This document shows positions 25,112 to 37,232 of a DNA stretch of 64,000 nucleotides, piece by piece. The notes under the pieces were generated by a model. That model saw only the letters and a program-made list of their open reading frames with translations. It ran no database searches and was not told where the DNA came from. The DNA comes from Takakia lepidozioides. Its lineage: Eukaryota > Plantae > Bryophyta. A program made the translations under genes and the position numbers. The stretch covers positions 33,294,001 to 33,358,000 of the forward strand of contig CM060731.1 of the NCBI GenBank assembly GCA_030704615.1, read 5' to 3'. Position 1 is the first letter of the stretch; each line of letters begins with the position of its first letter.

Positions 25112-26390
25112 CTAAGACGACTCCTGAGGTCAAAAGGAGAATAATACGAAGACCGTAAGAACTTAATGCACAAGTGCATGGCGGGTTTCTCGCATGTCAA
25201 ATCTTCTCCACTCCTTCTTGAGAGTGACTCAGGTTGGGGTGAAATGGGAAGATAATAGAAATAATATTAATGCACACGTGCAAACTCTGACAGAATGGTA
25301 CGCCCGTTTCTGGCATGTCAAATCTTCCCCGCCCTCTCTTCATAGTGACATGGAACTGAAGGAGAGTAAACTCCAGTCTGGGTTACACAAGGTTACACGA
25401 CAAGGCGTGTAACTCCACCTGGGGTTACATTGGGTTACATGACAAGGTGTGTAACTCCACTCGGTGTAACCCACACTTGATCTTGAAATTTGACAAGTCC
25501 AAATTTGGCTAAGTGTAAAATGGACTAACGAGGATTAGGTGGAGTTACATGACAAGGTGTGTAGCTCCACTCGGTGTAACCCACACTTGATCTCGAAATT
25601 TGACAAGTCCAAATTTGGCTAAGTGTAAAATGGACTAACGAGGATTACATGAGAAATCTCAGTTACACTAATACCTAGGTAACAAGGGTTACATGAGAGA
25701 CCGGGGTAACACTAATATCATAATCACACTATAAGAACCTCCCATCGAGAATCGAACCCAGAAACTCACCCCCTGCAATTCTATCACTTTACCGTCACGC
25801 TACCCCACCGCAGCTTCAAACCCACTTGGATTCTTAAGTACAACCCTGGATAAATGTTACCTCCTTTAATGTTATACCCTTAATGTCATGAAATTTTGGC
25901 TCTGTAAAAATTTACACTTGAAAATGGCATAGAGCGATATTTGATATGTGTTATGAAAATATTGCTCTCCTCTTTGTTAGCACACCTCCATAGTTGTTAG
26001 ATCTAATGCGGAGCCTTAATATAGTTGGTTTGAGAAAACATTCATCCACTCTTATCATTCATCCATGTATATGCAGTGAAATTTGAACCCTGAACCTTTT
26101 TAATTGTTATTTTTGTTTGTTTTAACCTGCTTTATTGTTTTTTTCTTAAATGTCATGTTTTAGATTTTGACCTCTATTTATGTTATATGATATATCTCCC
26201 TAAATGTTATAATTTTTCTGCTCTATAGGCATAACAATTATCCAGGGTTGACTGTATGTAATAGTGATAACGAGGTAAGAGGGGGTGGGGAGGATTTGAC
26301 AGGGGCCCCGCCGGGGGGGAGCCCAGGGTGACGGGATCCGGCGAAAGTACCGTCAGATCTCATTAAGTTCTTACATTATTCCTATTGTCT
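25112..26390. mobile_element. Degenerate TIR element with internal ~110-bp direct duplication
   Basis: GTAAGAACTTAATG..GTCAAATC near 25155-25203 is inverted relative to 26293-26375. Direct repeat at 25433-25537 / 25544-25647 with GGTTACA motifs. Confidence 0.5.
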
Positions 26391-26446
26391 TATGGTGAAA
26401 TGGATTTTAAATCTTGTAGGGAAGTGATCCCAACAGCCCTACACAT

Positions 26447-26665
26447 CAGCTGGTAGCTCAGCTGGTAAGTGCACACTGCGTCGCCCTGGTAGTTCGGGGT
26501 TCAAACCCGCTGCCCTGCCTGGTGTGTGGATTGTTCGTGACCCGGCTGTGACGTTTCCCACCTGTGTGCCCAATGGCTTATCTGAAAGGGGGTTAATTTT
26601 CCCCCCTCCTCAAGGGCCTGAATTGTGAGCAGTCGCTCCCAGGTTTCGTTTTCTTTAAATAAAAT
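26447..26665 (+). mobile_element. tRNA-derived SINE
   Basis: A box TAGCTCAGCTGG (~26453), B box GGTTCAAACCC (~26498), non-tRNA body and an A/T-rich tail. No intact cloverleaf. Confidence 0.7.
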
Positions 26666-26948
26666 GCACATAACTGCAATTACACCTAGTCAAGTAAATA
26701 GTTATAAGTTTCTTAAGAAGTAACCATTGGGGGTGAAGAGACACCATAATTTATGCTTCCTTGGGGAGGCGTCAAATATTAAATATTAAATATTGTACGT
26801 TTCCTAATCCAAAGATTGACGGCTTGACCGAGTTAATGTAGTCCGCTCGTACATTAATGAGGTGGTGGGTCCACCAACCAACATTGGTCAAACTCATTTG
26901 AATGATGATGTCATTAATTGGCAACATGAAGGAGGCGGATGAGAGCAT

Positions 26949-27395
26949 GCTCTCATCTCTCTGCACCAGCCCCTGCATACCTCGCGACAGTCCCGCAGCC
27001 CTGACTTGAGCTCAGCTTACAAGGTGAGGCTTCCAGGTCTCATTTAACAGGGCTCCATTTAATTGACAATTGTTCGTTGGATCAATCGAAGCAAAAGTTG
27101 TTGGAACTGGGAAGTGATAACTTGGTAAAGTGATGTGATGAGAGGAGGCTCTCATCTCTCTGCACCAGCCCGCAGCCCTGACTTGAGCTGAGACAAGGTG
27201 AGGCTTCCAGGTCTCATTTAACCGGCGTGCTCCAGTTAATTGGCAATGAGGCAAAAGTTATTGGAACGGGATTAATCCGCGTGTTCCATTTAATTGGCAT
27301 TGAGGCAAACGCTATTGGAACAGGATTAATCCGCGTGTTCCATTTAATTGGCATTGAGGCAAACGTTATTGGAACATGAAGTGATAACTTGGCTT
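26949..27395 (+). repeat. Local direct repeats (two ~200-bp units plus three ~54-bp units)
   Basis: CTC(T)CATCTCTCTGCACCAGCCC..ACAAGGTGAGGCTTCCAGGTCTCATTTAAC at ~26950 and ~27149; TTAATTGGCA.TGAGGCAAA.G.TATTGGAAC three times within 27236-27376. Confidence 0.85.
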
Positions 27396-27829
27396 CGTGA
27401 TGTATTTGTCTAGTCTTCCTTAGACAACTGATGATACCACTTGAATTGCTATCGTAGGTTGTTGTTTGCTTTCCTTCGCTCTTCGTTCCTCATCAGTCCA
27501 GATTGATGCACCTATCTGTATGTCTATATGTGGTCTTCTTCTGCAAGTCCAAATATTTAGTGGTCATAACTATTTGCAGTCTTCTACTGAGTGGGGCTTT
27601 GATGGAGAAAAGCATATCTGCAACGGGCCTTGTGTTCCCCAGCCTCATGACTACAATTTCTCCCAAGTATGCCCGAGATGTGCAAAGGCCGGAGGTATGT
27701 TTAGGATGCCGAACCTGGGAGTTATGGGGTTTTTACTTGGTAGTAATGTTTTCACGATGTGAATTTTTTTGAAAGCCATTGGTAGGCTTCATTGCACATC
27801 CAAGTGTTGGTCTCCCCCGCGCATGCTGT

Positions 27830-28200
27830 GGATAGAACGCCCTATGACCGTTCATCTAGAGATGGTGGAAGATCTAACGGTGAATTTTTGTCGTTTTTAC
27901 CGCGAATAAAATTGATAAGATGCCCCATATCGGGGGCATCCCAACACACTGGGAAGTGCGTGATTTCATGAAGTCCACACAAAGTTATGGGGTTTCAAAG
28001 TTAAACCAATTAGAATGCTTGTGTGAACTTTGAGCCCTGTGACCAATCACATTTTTTGGGGGGTTCTATCAAACAATTGTATGCCAGGTGGCAAAACTGA
28101 GCAGTCTTGGGCCCAGCAATGGTCGCTCATGCGACCTGACCCAAAGCAGTTATCAGGTGAACGGTCATAGGTACTATAACGGTCATAGGGTGTTCTACCC
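27830..28200. mobile_element. MITE with 23-bp TIRs
   Basis: GGATAGAACGCCCTATGACCGTT ... AACGGTCATAGGGTGTTCTACCC; TSD not evident. Confidence 0.7.
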
Positions 28201-30469
28201 TATGTAGATTCTACGTGTCTGGTAGCACTCCATTGTTCGCAGTAGTTTATTCTATGGCTTAACTCGGCTCCTTCCTTAGCGGGCTCTGCCTGCTGTCACT
28301 CAGTCCGGGTGGGTAGAATGTAGGTTTGCTCAATTTTTTTGGTACTGTGACGTCTCGCTAATTGTAGCTCCCCATCCTTCCTACCCTCCTTCTCTCAGGC
28401 ATTATTTCCATCAGCTCACACGGCCTCCAAAGTTGTCACATTTTGGAACTACCCGGTGGGTCCAAAGAGGTGTAGTAAGTAATTGAGCGTCACCTCCTTC
28501 TCCTCCTCTCATCTTGCTCCCTTTCTTACTTGTCCAGTTTCGTTTCGCATGCTAGGGTTTAGGTGTCTTCTTTACCTGCGATGTCAGGTAGTGTGTATAG
28601 GATTAGGGTATAGGCTAGTAGATAGTCAATAAAGAAAGCTGAACAAGAGCCATTTTTTCCTCTCAAGTTATTAAACTTCACAGTCGGTCCTAATTAATGA
28701 TTGGAATGGGGCATTTCTATAGCCTCAACAATGTCACACATGTTTAGTGCCACTAATAAAAAGACCTTCAACAGGTGGACTCCACTTCAAATGGTTCTTC
28801 TACAACCAGATTTTGACAGAGGAGGATCGACTCCTCATCCTAGAGTATTCTGATAGTCACCTAGTTCATATTCCATGGTAAGAGATTTTTCATTTGTACT
28901 CTAAGTTCGCGGATGCAACAACATTGTGAGAGAGTGTCCATACATGTTTTGCACTTTAACATGCACCTCCCTACCAACCCTAAAGAAAAGATAGTCACTT
29001 AAAAGGTTGAGTTCTATACCTTGAAGAGCAGATCCACATGGAAATTAATAGGGATCCTTTCGATCCAACCAATGCCTCAATGGCAGTCACATTGCTTTAA
29101 CCTACAAAACTCCAGATGAACATTCAAGAGTGGCTTTGTGGGGGCGCAAGGAACCTAGTATGTCCACCTTCACTGCAAGGTGTTTGCAGTCATATAAATT
29201 GCTCTATCTCCAAAGATTTCACATCTTCCTTCAAGAGACCTCATTGTGTACACAAGACTGCCAATTACTTGTCTGTTTAGTTGCAGCGTTGTCTTGTCAT
29301 CGAAGTTTCTCCAGTAGATTTCCTTAACCAAACTAGGAAGCCTGAAAATGTGTTAAAGAGGTTGTTACTCACTACAGTCAAATTTGTAGTGCCAGACTTT
29401 GATTACCAGTTGACGCTGCAATAATGCTAGACTTGGAGACTCCGGTTTCTAGTCATACGACAATAATCTGTTAAAAGCGCTCATGCCTGGCAAGTCATTT
29501 GGTGTTGTATCTCTTAGTAAGAAAAATTCTTTTATTGAAAGTCTCCTTGAAGTTAGCAGAGCGCCCACGAACTCCTTTGGAAAACCCAGCTGTTGCTTGA
29601 CCACATTTCTTTCCCATGTGATTTTCATAGGCCCTTCCAATATCTCTGCTGGCAACCCATGGTGGGAAAGTCCCACATTAAAGTGGATTGTCTCATGTGA
29701 CCCCGTTTGAAAGCCGTCAGAGCTTGTGCTACTGAAATAACTCCATACCCAAGAGTATCATCAGCTAATGTGTAGTCATGGTCAAGTACTCTAAGCAGTA
29801 AGTACTCCATCTCAATGTGCTCAAGTAAAATGTACTCAAAACCAATGTTGGATGCTCTTGTAAAGGGTTCTATAAAGGATTGAGGATCTGGAGCTTCACT
29901 TTAATGTGCGATTCCTAGAACAGCTTGGGCCCCACAAATGACACATTGGTTAGAGAAGCCATTGATGTCAGAGGCCCGTAGCTTCTTTGCATGCAACGAT
30001 GTGAAATTCCTCGTAAAAAGAGAAAACTCAGAAGCAGTGAGGGGGTAAAAGGTGATTTGTAGAACAGTGGTTGTTGTTCCCCTCACATGAGAGTCAGGCA
30101 CAGGAAAACCCAGAAGGGCCTGTGACCTCTTCAGATATAATGTTACATTGTTCCAGAGTATGGTCCTCTGAGGTGCAGAATGGATCCAATCGTTTCTTAG
30201 GTCAAGAATTTCATCATGAGCTCTGCAAAATCCATGAGAGGTCCCTGCGAGTCATGAACCAAGTTAAATTGTAGTTAGAAATGGTGCGTTTATTTCATGG
30301 GTAGGTTCCTCGGGTATCCAATCTTTTTTGTTGTTATGGGAGCCAAGAATTAGGACTCCCAGAAGCATCATGTTTAGGAGCTTCTAGACTTTCAATGTGC
30401 CACCTGCCCAACCTTAATCGTATGCTCTTGAGACTAGTCAAACAACCAAAAAGAACTAGAACTAGATCT

Positions 30470-30890
30470 ATAGAATGTATTCATAAAACGTTGTTGTTTG
30501 TTGTGGCTGGCCATTGACCACGCCCAGTTTGAGCAGAACAAATGGATAGAAACTACCTTGGTCAGGGGCTGCCGCCGGTAGTATGACTTACCTTGAAACA
30601 TGCAATTGATCTGAGTTTTCCAGATATCTTCTGGAAATCCTTTCACACAAATATCAATCTGCTATGTGTGATATGCCCAATAACTAGACCACAACCAAAA
30701 GGCCTAGGCTTTTGGCGCAGCGACGAGATTTTCAAAGTTGGTAAACAGAGGTACATGATTAATTCCCTTGATGGAATTGAAGAGTACCCAGGACAATGAA
30801 TCAGAAAGTGGATATTGTCTTTAGGTTGTCACAATCCCTTTCTTCTCTCCGTCTGTTTGTTTTTCAAAGGTAGGCTACCCGCCCTGAATT
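30470..30890 (-). mobile_element. Degenerate LINE family A 3' fragment
   Basis: Reverse complement matches 20405-20866; ORF track reads KGFPEDIWKTQIN..QPLTKV. Confidence 0.85.
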
Positions 30891-31403
30891 TGAGGTCATG
30901 TATTAGGTGTATAATGATTTTCTCCAAAAGGGTATTGACGAGCGGACCATTGTAATGGCAATAGGCTTGAAGATGCATCTGAGAAGCTCAACTTACGTGT
31001 CAAACCGATGCCTTGAATTCTGATATCAGGTCAGTTCTGTTTGGTCACCTTTAGCTAACATGATTGCAGATAAATTCTGAGCTTGGCAGAACACTCCTCC
31101 TTCCTGGCTGAGTTGTGGGCTTGTAGATTGTTGTTGCAGAGCATGGTTTCTATGGTCAGATACTTGACCAACCACACTACAAAGGCGTCAAAGGAAGTTT
31201 AGGTCGTGAATTTCAGGTTATATATTAGTTGTATAATGATTTTCTCCAAAAGGGTGCTGACTTGCTGACCCTTTAATGGTAGTGGGCATGAAGATGCGAC
31301 CCAGAAGCCCAACTTGCGCGTCCAGACTGATGCTTTGCATTCTGATATCAAGTCAGTTACGTTTGATCACCTTCAGCTAACATGACTGCAGTTGAACTTG
31401 AAG

Positions 31404-31501
31404 GATACGGTTGTGGTAGTGGGGGATGTGCAAGAGCAGTGGTAGTTGGTGTGGGCTCCAAAATTGCCATGGGAAAAATTCATGATGCAATGTCAGAGTC
31501 G
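31404..31501 (+). pseudogene. Isolated exon fragment of an ECA3-like P2A Ca2+/Mn2+-ATPase
   Basis: TVVVV/GCARAVVVGVGSKIAMGKIHDAMSES followed by a GT donor resembles the ECA3 motif GTxVVAGRGRAVVIGVGSNTAMGSIHDSM. Frameshifted, and no other exons are found. Confidence 0.7.
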
Positions 31502-33262
31502 GTAACGTGGGTGGGCTCCTCATTTACATGCTCCAATTCTTACACAGAAGGGAGGAATTTGTTATGATTGTCTTGGTGGTATCGCAAGTCTCATTTGGGG
31601 TACGGGGAAAGTGATAGCCAGTAGATCAATGTGATGTTGGTGGGTCAGCCCTTGACTAGCATTTCTTAGCTTGGGATGGAGCCTTGCCAGTGATGCAATC
31701 ACCAAGAGTGCACGAGCAAGAGGAATGCAATACCTTAAGCATGAACATGCATAGTTTGAATACTTCCACCGGATTTAGAAAGGGTATGCGCACCTTCTCA
31801 GCACTGGGTCGGTCCATCTTTGGACTGAACGCCGGGACGAGAGTCTTTTTGCCGAGTATGTATTGATACTGAGGCGTAATTGCAGACATGACGTTTATGG
31901 TGAGCGGTTGAGGAGGATGGAGAGGATTGAGTCCTTCAACCTCATATCCCCATCTTTCACATCATTTTTGCGGGAAGCGCTTCGACTTCCAAGGACAATC
32001 AAATCAAGCAAGACTCAAGTAGATAATCGATAGTTTATCACTTAATTTGAACGGTAATCTCAACTTTGTGTAGGTGTAGATTGGTTATTGTATGTAGTGC
32101 ACACTCAAAACATAGATTGACTTTAATATTTGGGTTTATGAAACTAAGCCATTCACTAAGAAGGTCTGCATGGTGTTTAAACTGCTGAAATCTGTTGTAA
32201 ATCTTTTACCAGAAATGTACACTAATGTTCAACCATGTCTGTAATTTGTTTCATTGATAGATGTAGGGACAGGCGCGAAAAAGAGAAGATTGAGTGATCC
32301 ATCAGACACCGGTATCATCGGACTCCGTCGGCGCCAGGACTCCAAGTGCCTGGCGCGGGCGGTGGCTCCCCGTTGCTGATGCTCCCCAGGTTTTTTAGTA
32401 GCCTTACTTGACATGAGAGATCCTAGGCACACCCAATGCAATCGCATCTTCGCTATGATTGTGAGAGATTCATATATTAGGTATTGTTCTGGTTGTGCTT
32501 GTTGAGGTGTCTTACTTTCTCAAGAAGAGGTACACCATAGGCCTTTCTCGTGTTATCCAAACTCTCTGATGGATCCTTCATACATCTGTCATTGGCTTTC
32601 CATCACTGCCATTGATTAGCAAGTGATAGAAACTAATGACCTTAGATACAATGATCCGCCATTAGATCTTGTAGACCATGCCAACTAGAACTGGTGTGAC
32701 ACATGTACCTACACTAGATGCCCGAGATTTCAGGCGGTCCCCTGGAGCTTGGCCGATATTATATATTGTATCCAGAGGGCGCCCATGATATCGATTTCTG
32801 GCAATTTGATTCTATCTTACATTCATTCAATTGAGGGTGCTTCACACCAACCCTACTAATGAGCATCTCCTTCGTTCTCTTGTCATGTCAACACTTGGAC
32901 ATTTCCACCTTGCTCTTTACACCCACACATTTTTGAATTCTAAATACCATACATTAGACATGAAGACATAAAACTATATGCCCCGGGGAAGATAGGGACA
33001 TTCGAATGCAATGGACACGACTGGATACTTTTACTTCTAATAGAGTCATGCCTTTTGGGTTGTGCAATGCTCCAGCCACTTGACATGTACATGCAAATAG
33101 CTCTTCCAATGTATATGCTGGAGTCTTTGCAGAAACTTCTATTATCGTTGTCACGACCATTGCAAGGTTGTTTTAGTTTCTATTTGACGATTGAAGGTGT
33201 CCGTCGCAGGTTGCCTTGGTAGAGTGGCAAAACATCGATGTATGGTGAGTGCCCATTTCTTC

Positions 33263-35468
33263 CTAAACAATGTACTTAGCAAAGAGGTTGTTGGGATTAG
33301 TCATGGCCTTAAACTCCAGAGAATTCCCACTCCTGTCTTTGAAAAACATGGTCCACTGCACACATAATCAAACAATCTCCTTCAATTACAAAGGAAAGAA
33401 AGATGGTGTAAGACATGGTGATTTAAGAACTCCAATCAAGTATGGTGCATTCAAATGTACATGTGCATCTGTTAACATTACGAAGCTCGCTTCTGCTGAA
33501 TGAACATGGCAGAAATTGATAAGTGAACCATAGAATTTGGGAACATGCCATGGAACTCATTGCTGCTGGCCGAGATGTATGACAGCTACACGTTGCCAAA
33601 ACTGAAGCTGCTCACATTTTGAAAATTATATTTTGAATACGGCGCGACTTCATCTGAGAAAATGGACAAAAGTACCTGCTCTCCAGGTTGGCCCTTGAAG
33701 CGTATGTGAGGTTCAATGATGAACTCGATGCCCGCCACTCTGACGCGATCTGCCAATGCCAGAAAATCAGGCACTGACATGGCGAGTCCAAAGTGTGGCA
33801 CAGGAACGGGGTCCCCATCTGTCTCCCCAAACAAACACATGAAGTTAAAGCCAAAAGTTGACCTTGGCTGAAGCCAGCTGATCCATACACTCTCATACTC
33901 ACCATCACATAGGTGGCCAGAAGTCTGTCAAGTTTGGCCTGCTTGATTTTTAAGCAAAAGGTAACCATTTCCAAAGTGGTTAGAGGCCTAGTTACCAACA
34001 GCGTTTGCAGTGGCAGAAGCATTGTAGTTGTGCACCTCGTGACATACAACCTGCAGTGCATACACACATCTGACTCATTTGATAAAATGATAAGAACTTC
34101 TGTATTTGACACAATTGCCTCGTACATAAGGAACACTGCATCTAAGAAACTTTCCAGTGGCAAAATGATGCCCCACAAGGACGGCTGCAAGGAAGGGCTG
34201 TAACTAGTATGTATATTGAGCCTGGTTCGCAGTGCTCTGGTCAGCAGTTCACCACCATGGTGCTTGTCTCATGGATTCAAAAATGCAGGTATGAGCAAAG
34301 AAGTTTTTTTTGATACCTGGTGGCCAAAAAGGTTAAAATCCACCCAAGTTTTTGATGATCGGCCTTCTGGACATCCCAAAATTCTGCACCACACAACCTA
34401 CTAATTATGATCAAGCATGCTGTTGGTCCACAAATGGCGGTAGTTGAATTGAAAGTGGATTGACTACCCCTTAATAATAAGGAGTTGTTCTAAAAACGGA
34501 GGAGTTGGAGTACTATGTTTAAAAACATTGTGTGGTACTGTTACACCACCAATGACAGGAAAAAGTCCTGATTACCAGGACCGTCTCATTTGAATCCATA
34601 CCTGGAACCAATTTCAGCTCAAAGAGCTCCAAAAAGGCTTCAAACATCTTTGAAGGAAACTGGTACTCGAGAAGAGAAGGTAAGACCTCACTTTTCCCCC
34701 TTGCACTCTAGTATCTCTCTGCTAGTCTTATTTGTTTTGTTCTACGAGTAACATACCCGCCAAAAAATTCTCGGGCAGCCTGGATGTCATGCACGGGAAT
34801 CGCCAAGTGGAAAGGCGTTGTGGACGACGCTGCCCCATTACTTGAAGCTTCTTCATCATTTGTGTGCATCCCATGACTGATTCCAAGAAACCCAACGCTT
34901 CCCTGTTAGAGGAGTTTCAGAAACAACAGAATGGCTTGCCTACTTCTTCATAACCTGGTCGGGCCGAAACCCCACAACCAGCTCTGGGTGGGTTAGTAAT
35001 ACACCATCAAGTATACAACGTGAACGAACAAAGAAACCCCTCAAGCTACGCTAGATATTCATAGTCTGGCTTAGATGTCGAAAGGGTGGAGCCTTGGCAC
35101 AGGCGCGTTGTAACATGTCCGATAGAAAATACTTATCTTTTCACAATCACCTCTGAAATCAATGACTTGACTCGGGGCAGTGAACCTTTGGCAACAAAAG
35201 GGGGTTCAGAACCCCCCTTGATATCGTTTGAAAGAAAGATGATTATCAGCTCCAACTGCAAGATGAGTTCTTACCTTCCCGAAACCAATCGGTGTGACAT
35301 CATGGGCCCGCCAGACTTCAATGCTCGATCGAAATTTGGGTAGCGGGAGACACGCCATTGGGGCAGAGAAGAAGCAGAATCAGCCCTGGCTATGGACTTG
35401 GCAGCAGGTGCATGTAGGTGTGTGCAAATCCCAGACCTCACCAGCCCTCCTGCCATCGGAACGCTCAT
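33263..35468 (-). CDS. VOC/glyoxalase-bleomycin resistance-dioxygenase family protein, probably with an organellar transit peptide
   Basis: Exons ~34756-34903 ([21 protein letters not shown]), ~34317-34384 ([21 protein letters not shown]), ~33991-34051 (VVCHEV..ATANAV), ~33676-33819 ([28 protein letters not shown]) and 33263-33355 ([18 protein letters not shown]). The first exon (35274-35468) and start codon are uncertain. Confidence 0.88.
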
Positions 35469-35849
35469 CTAGCTTTTCCTTCGAGAGCGATCTTGCAGCA
35501 ATGCTTCGCTTCCCATCTGATGCAGACTGTTCATGGGTTTTCCAGAAAGCGAAAATCTTTGAAGGTTACCAAGGTACTACCAAGGCTACTTCTATTGACG
35601 ACTGAAGGTCGGAGACTATCGCTCCCACGTGTTTCCCTTAAAAAAGGAAAAAAGAAAAATGAAGTCCTCTCCATCCTCCACACTGTTCATCTTTCGCAGT
35701 TAAACTCCATGTCTCCAATGGATTGACGTTTGTGGGTTGTCCCTCGCATTTGTCTGTACTCTGAGCTCTCTCCCTACCCAAACCGCCAAGGGGGCACAAG
35801 TGATCCAGTGTGAGGGCCGCAGACTCACACATGCAGAGAAGGATCTTGC

Positions 35850-37232
35850 ATGGCACTGCGAGGTTCATGGAGAAGGGCCTGGGCTGCCGAAGGGGGCCAC
35901 TCCTTCTCATCTGTTCGGTCTTTCTTGCTGGGGGGCAACCAGGCAATTTCAACACAGGGACTGCTTTTCATCTTAGAGTGTACAGACGGATCGAGGCCGT
36001 ATTCTTCTAGCAGGCCTCTGTGCGCACGAAATGTTGGGGCCACTGTTGGGTTAATCAAGAGAAAGAAGGAGCCTAAACTGGACAATGTGGTTGAGAGAGA
36101 GAAAAAGCTAAACATTGTAGTGCGCATCAAGGAGATGATTCTCAAGCATCCTGGGGGAGTGATGCCTCTGCGGGACTTATCAAAAATGCGCCGTCGCTTA
36201 GGCTTCTCTGCAAACAAACGCTGCATTGACTTGCTAAGCAAATTTCCTGCCGTTTTTCAAGTTTATGGGGAAAACAACAAGAAGCTTCTTCGACTTACGC
36301 CTGAAGCCGAGTCACAGCATTTGGAAGACATGGAAATCAAGCAGCAGTTGGAAGGACCCTTGGTGGAGAAGTTGCGGAAGCTGCTCATGATGTCAACGGG
36401 TAGGCGCATACTGGTGGAAAAAATTGGTTACATACGCAGGGATTTGGGCCTGCCAGAGGACTTCAAGCTGAATCTGGTGAATCAGTATCCACAATACTTT
36501 CGTATAGTCGACACTGAAGAAGGTGCTGCCCTAGAGATCACTGCGTGGGATCCAAAATTGGCTGTTAGTGCCTTTCCAACTGAAGCTCTCAAGGAGGTTC
36601 TTAGGAAACATTCAGATGGATTGGAAGGGTTTCGGGGGGTAGCTTACTTATCGCCGGAGACCACCAGCCAAGGAAGGTGGGCAGCTGTTCAAGCCGAGAA
36701 GCATGCAGTGGCTGTGATTCATGAACTGTTAAGCCTGACACTAGGGAAGAAGATACTTGTGGATCATCTCACACATTTTAGAAGAGAGTTCGGTTTTTCA
36801 CAAAGAGTCCGAGCATTGTTGATTAGGCATCCTAAATTGTTTTATGTGTCCCAGAAAGGGATCCGTGATTCTGTCTTCCTGCGAGAGGCATATATTGGTT
36901 CAGAGCTTATTGAAAAGGACCCTCAGGTATTGGTAAAGGAAAGATTGGCTGGCCTGGTGGAAGGAGTTAAGCATGCCAAGAAATGCCATCAAAGAAGTGC
37001 TGACAATACTCACAGAGGTGAGGTTGATGGGGGTGAAGACGTGGATGCAGATGAAGATGATGAAGATAGCGGTAGTGACAGGGACCTGAAGAGGGAACTT
37101 GCAGAAGGGTTCTCTGTGGAATACAGGCAAGATCACAGAGGACCAGTTGAGGAAGATGGCACAAAGATTAGTAGGTCACCAGCAGATCTTAAAGGAGAGG
37201 TTACAAGGAGCAGCAAGTGGGAACCATGGTAG
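35850..37232 (+). CDS. PORR (plant organelle RNA recognition) domain protein, WTF1/RPD1-like, intronless
   Basis: 460-aa ORF with LRKLLMMS..RRDLGLPEDF..YPQYF, WDPKLAVS, EKHAVAVIHELLSLT, HPKLFYVSQKG..SVFLREAY and an N-terminal transit-like segment. Confidence 0.93.
   Translation: MALRGSWRRAWAAEGGHSFSSVRSFLLGGNQAISTQGLLFILECTDGSRPYSSSRPLCARNVGATVGLIKRKKEPKLDNVVEREKKLNIVVRIKEMILKHPGGVMPLRDLSKMRRRLGFSANKRCIDLLSKFPAVFQVYGENNKKLLRLTPEAESQHLEDMEIKQQLEGPLVEKLRKLLMMSTGRRILVEKIGYIRRDLGLPEDFKLNLVNQYPQYFRIVDTEEGAALEITAWDPKLAVSAFPTEALKEVLRKHSDGLEGFRGVAYLSPETTSQGRWAAVQAEKHAVAVIHELLSLTLGKKILVDHLTHFRREFGFSQRVRALLIRHPKLFYVSQKGIRDSVFLREAYIGSELIEKDPQVLVKERLAGLVEGVKHAKKCHQRSADNTHRGEVDGGEDVDADEDDEDSGSDRDLKRELAEGFSVEYRQDHRGPVEEDGTKISRSPADLKGEVTRSSKWEPW

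Noticed and set aside
26447-26520. Possible tRNA gene
   Set aside because: A and B boxes are present but there is no acceptor or anticodon stem pairing; better explained as a SINE head.
28700-30430. Possible degraded coding sequence on the minus strand
   Set aside because: Coding-like composition but only short broken ORFs with no motif I can assign; needs TBLASTX.
31730-31955. Exon-like open stretch on the minus strand ending AAG|GTGCG
   Set aside because: No recognisable homology and no partner exons.
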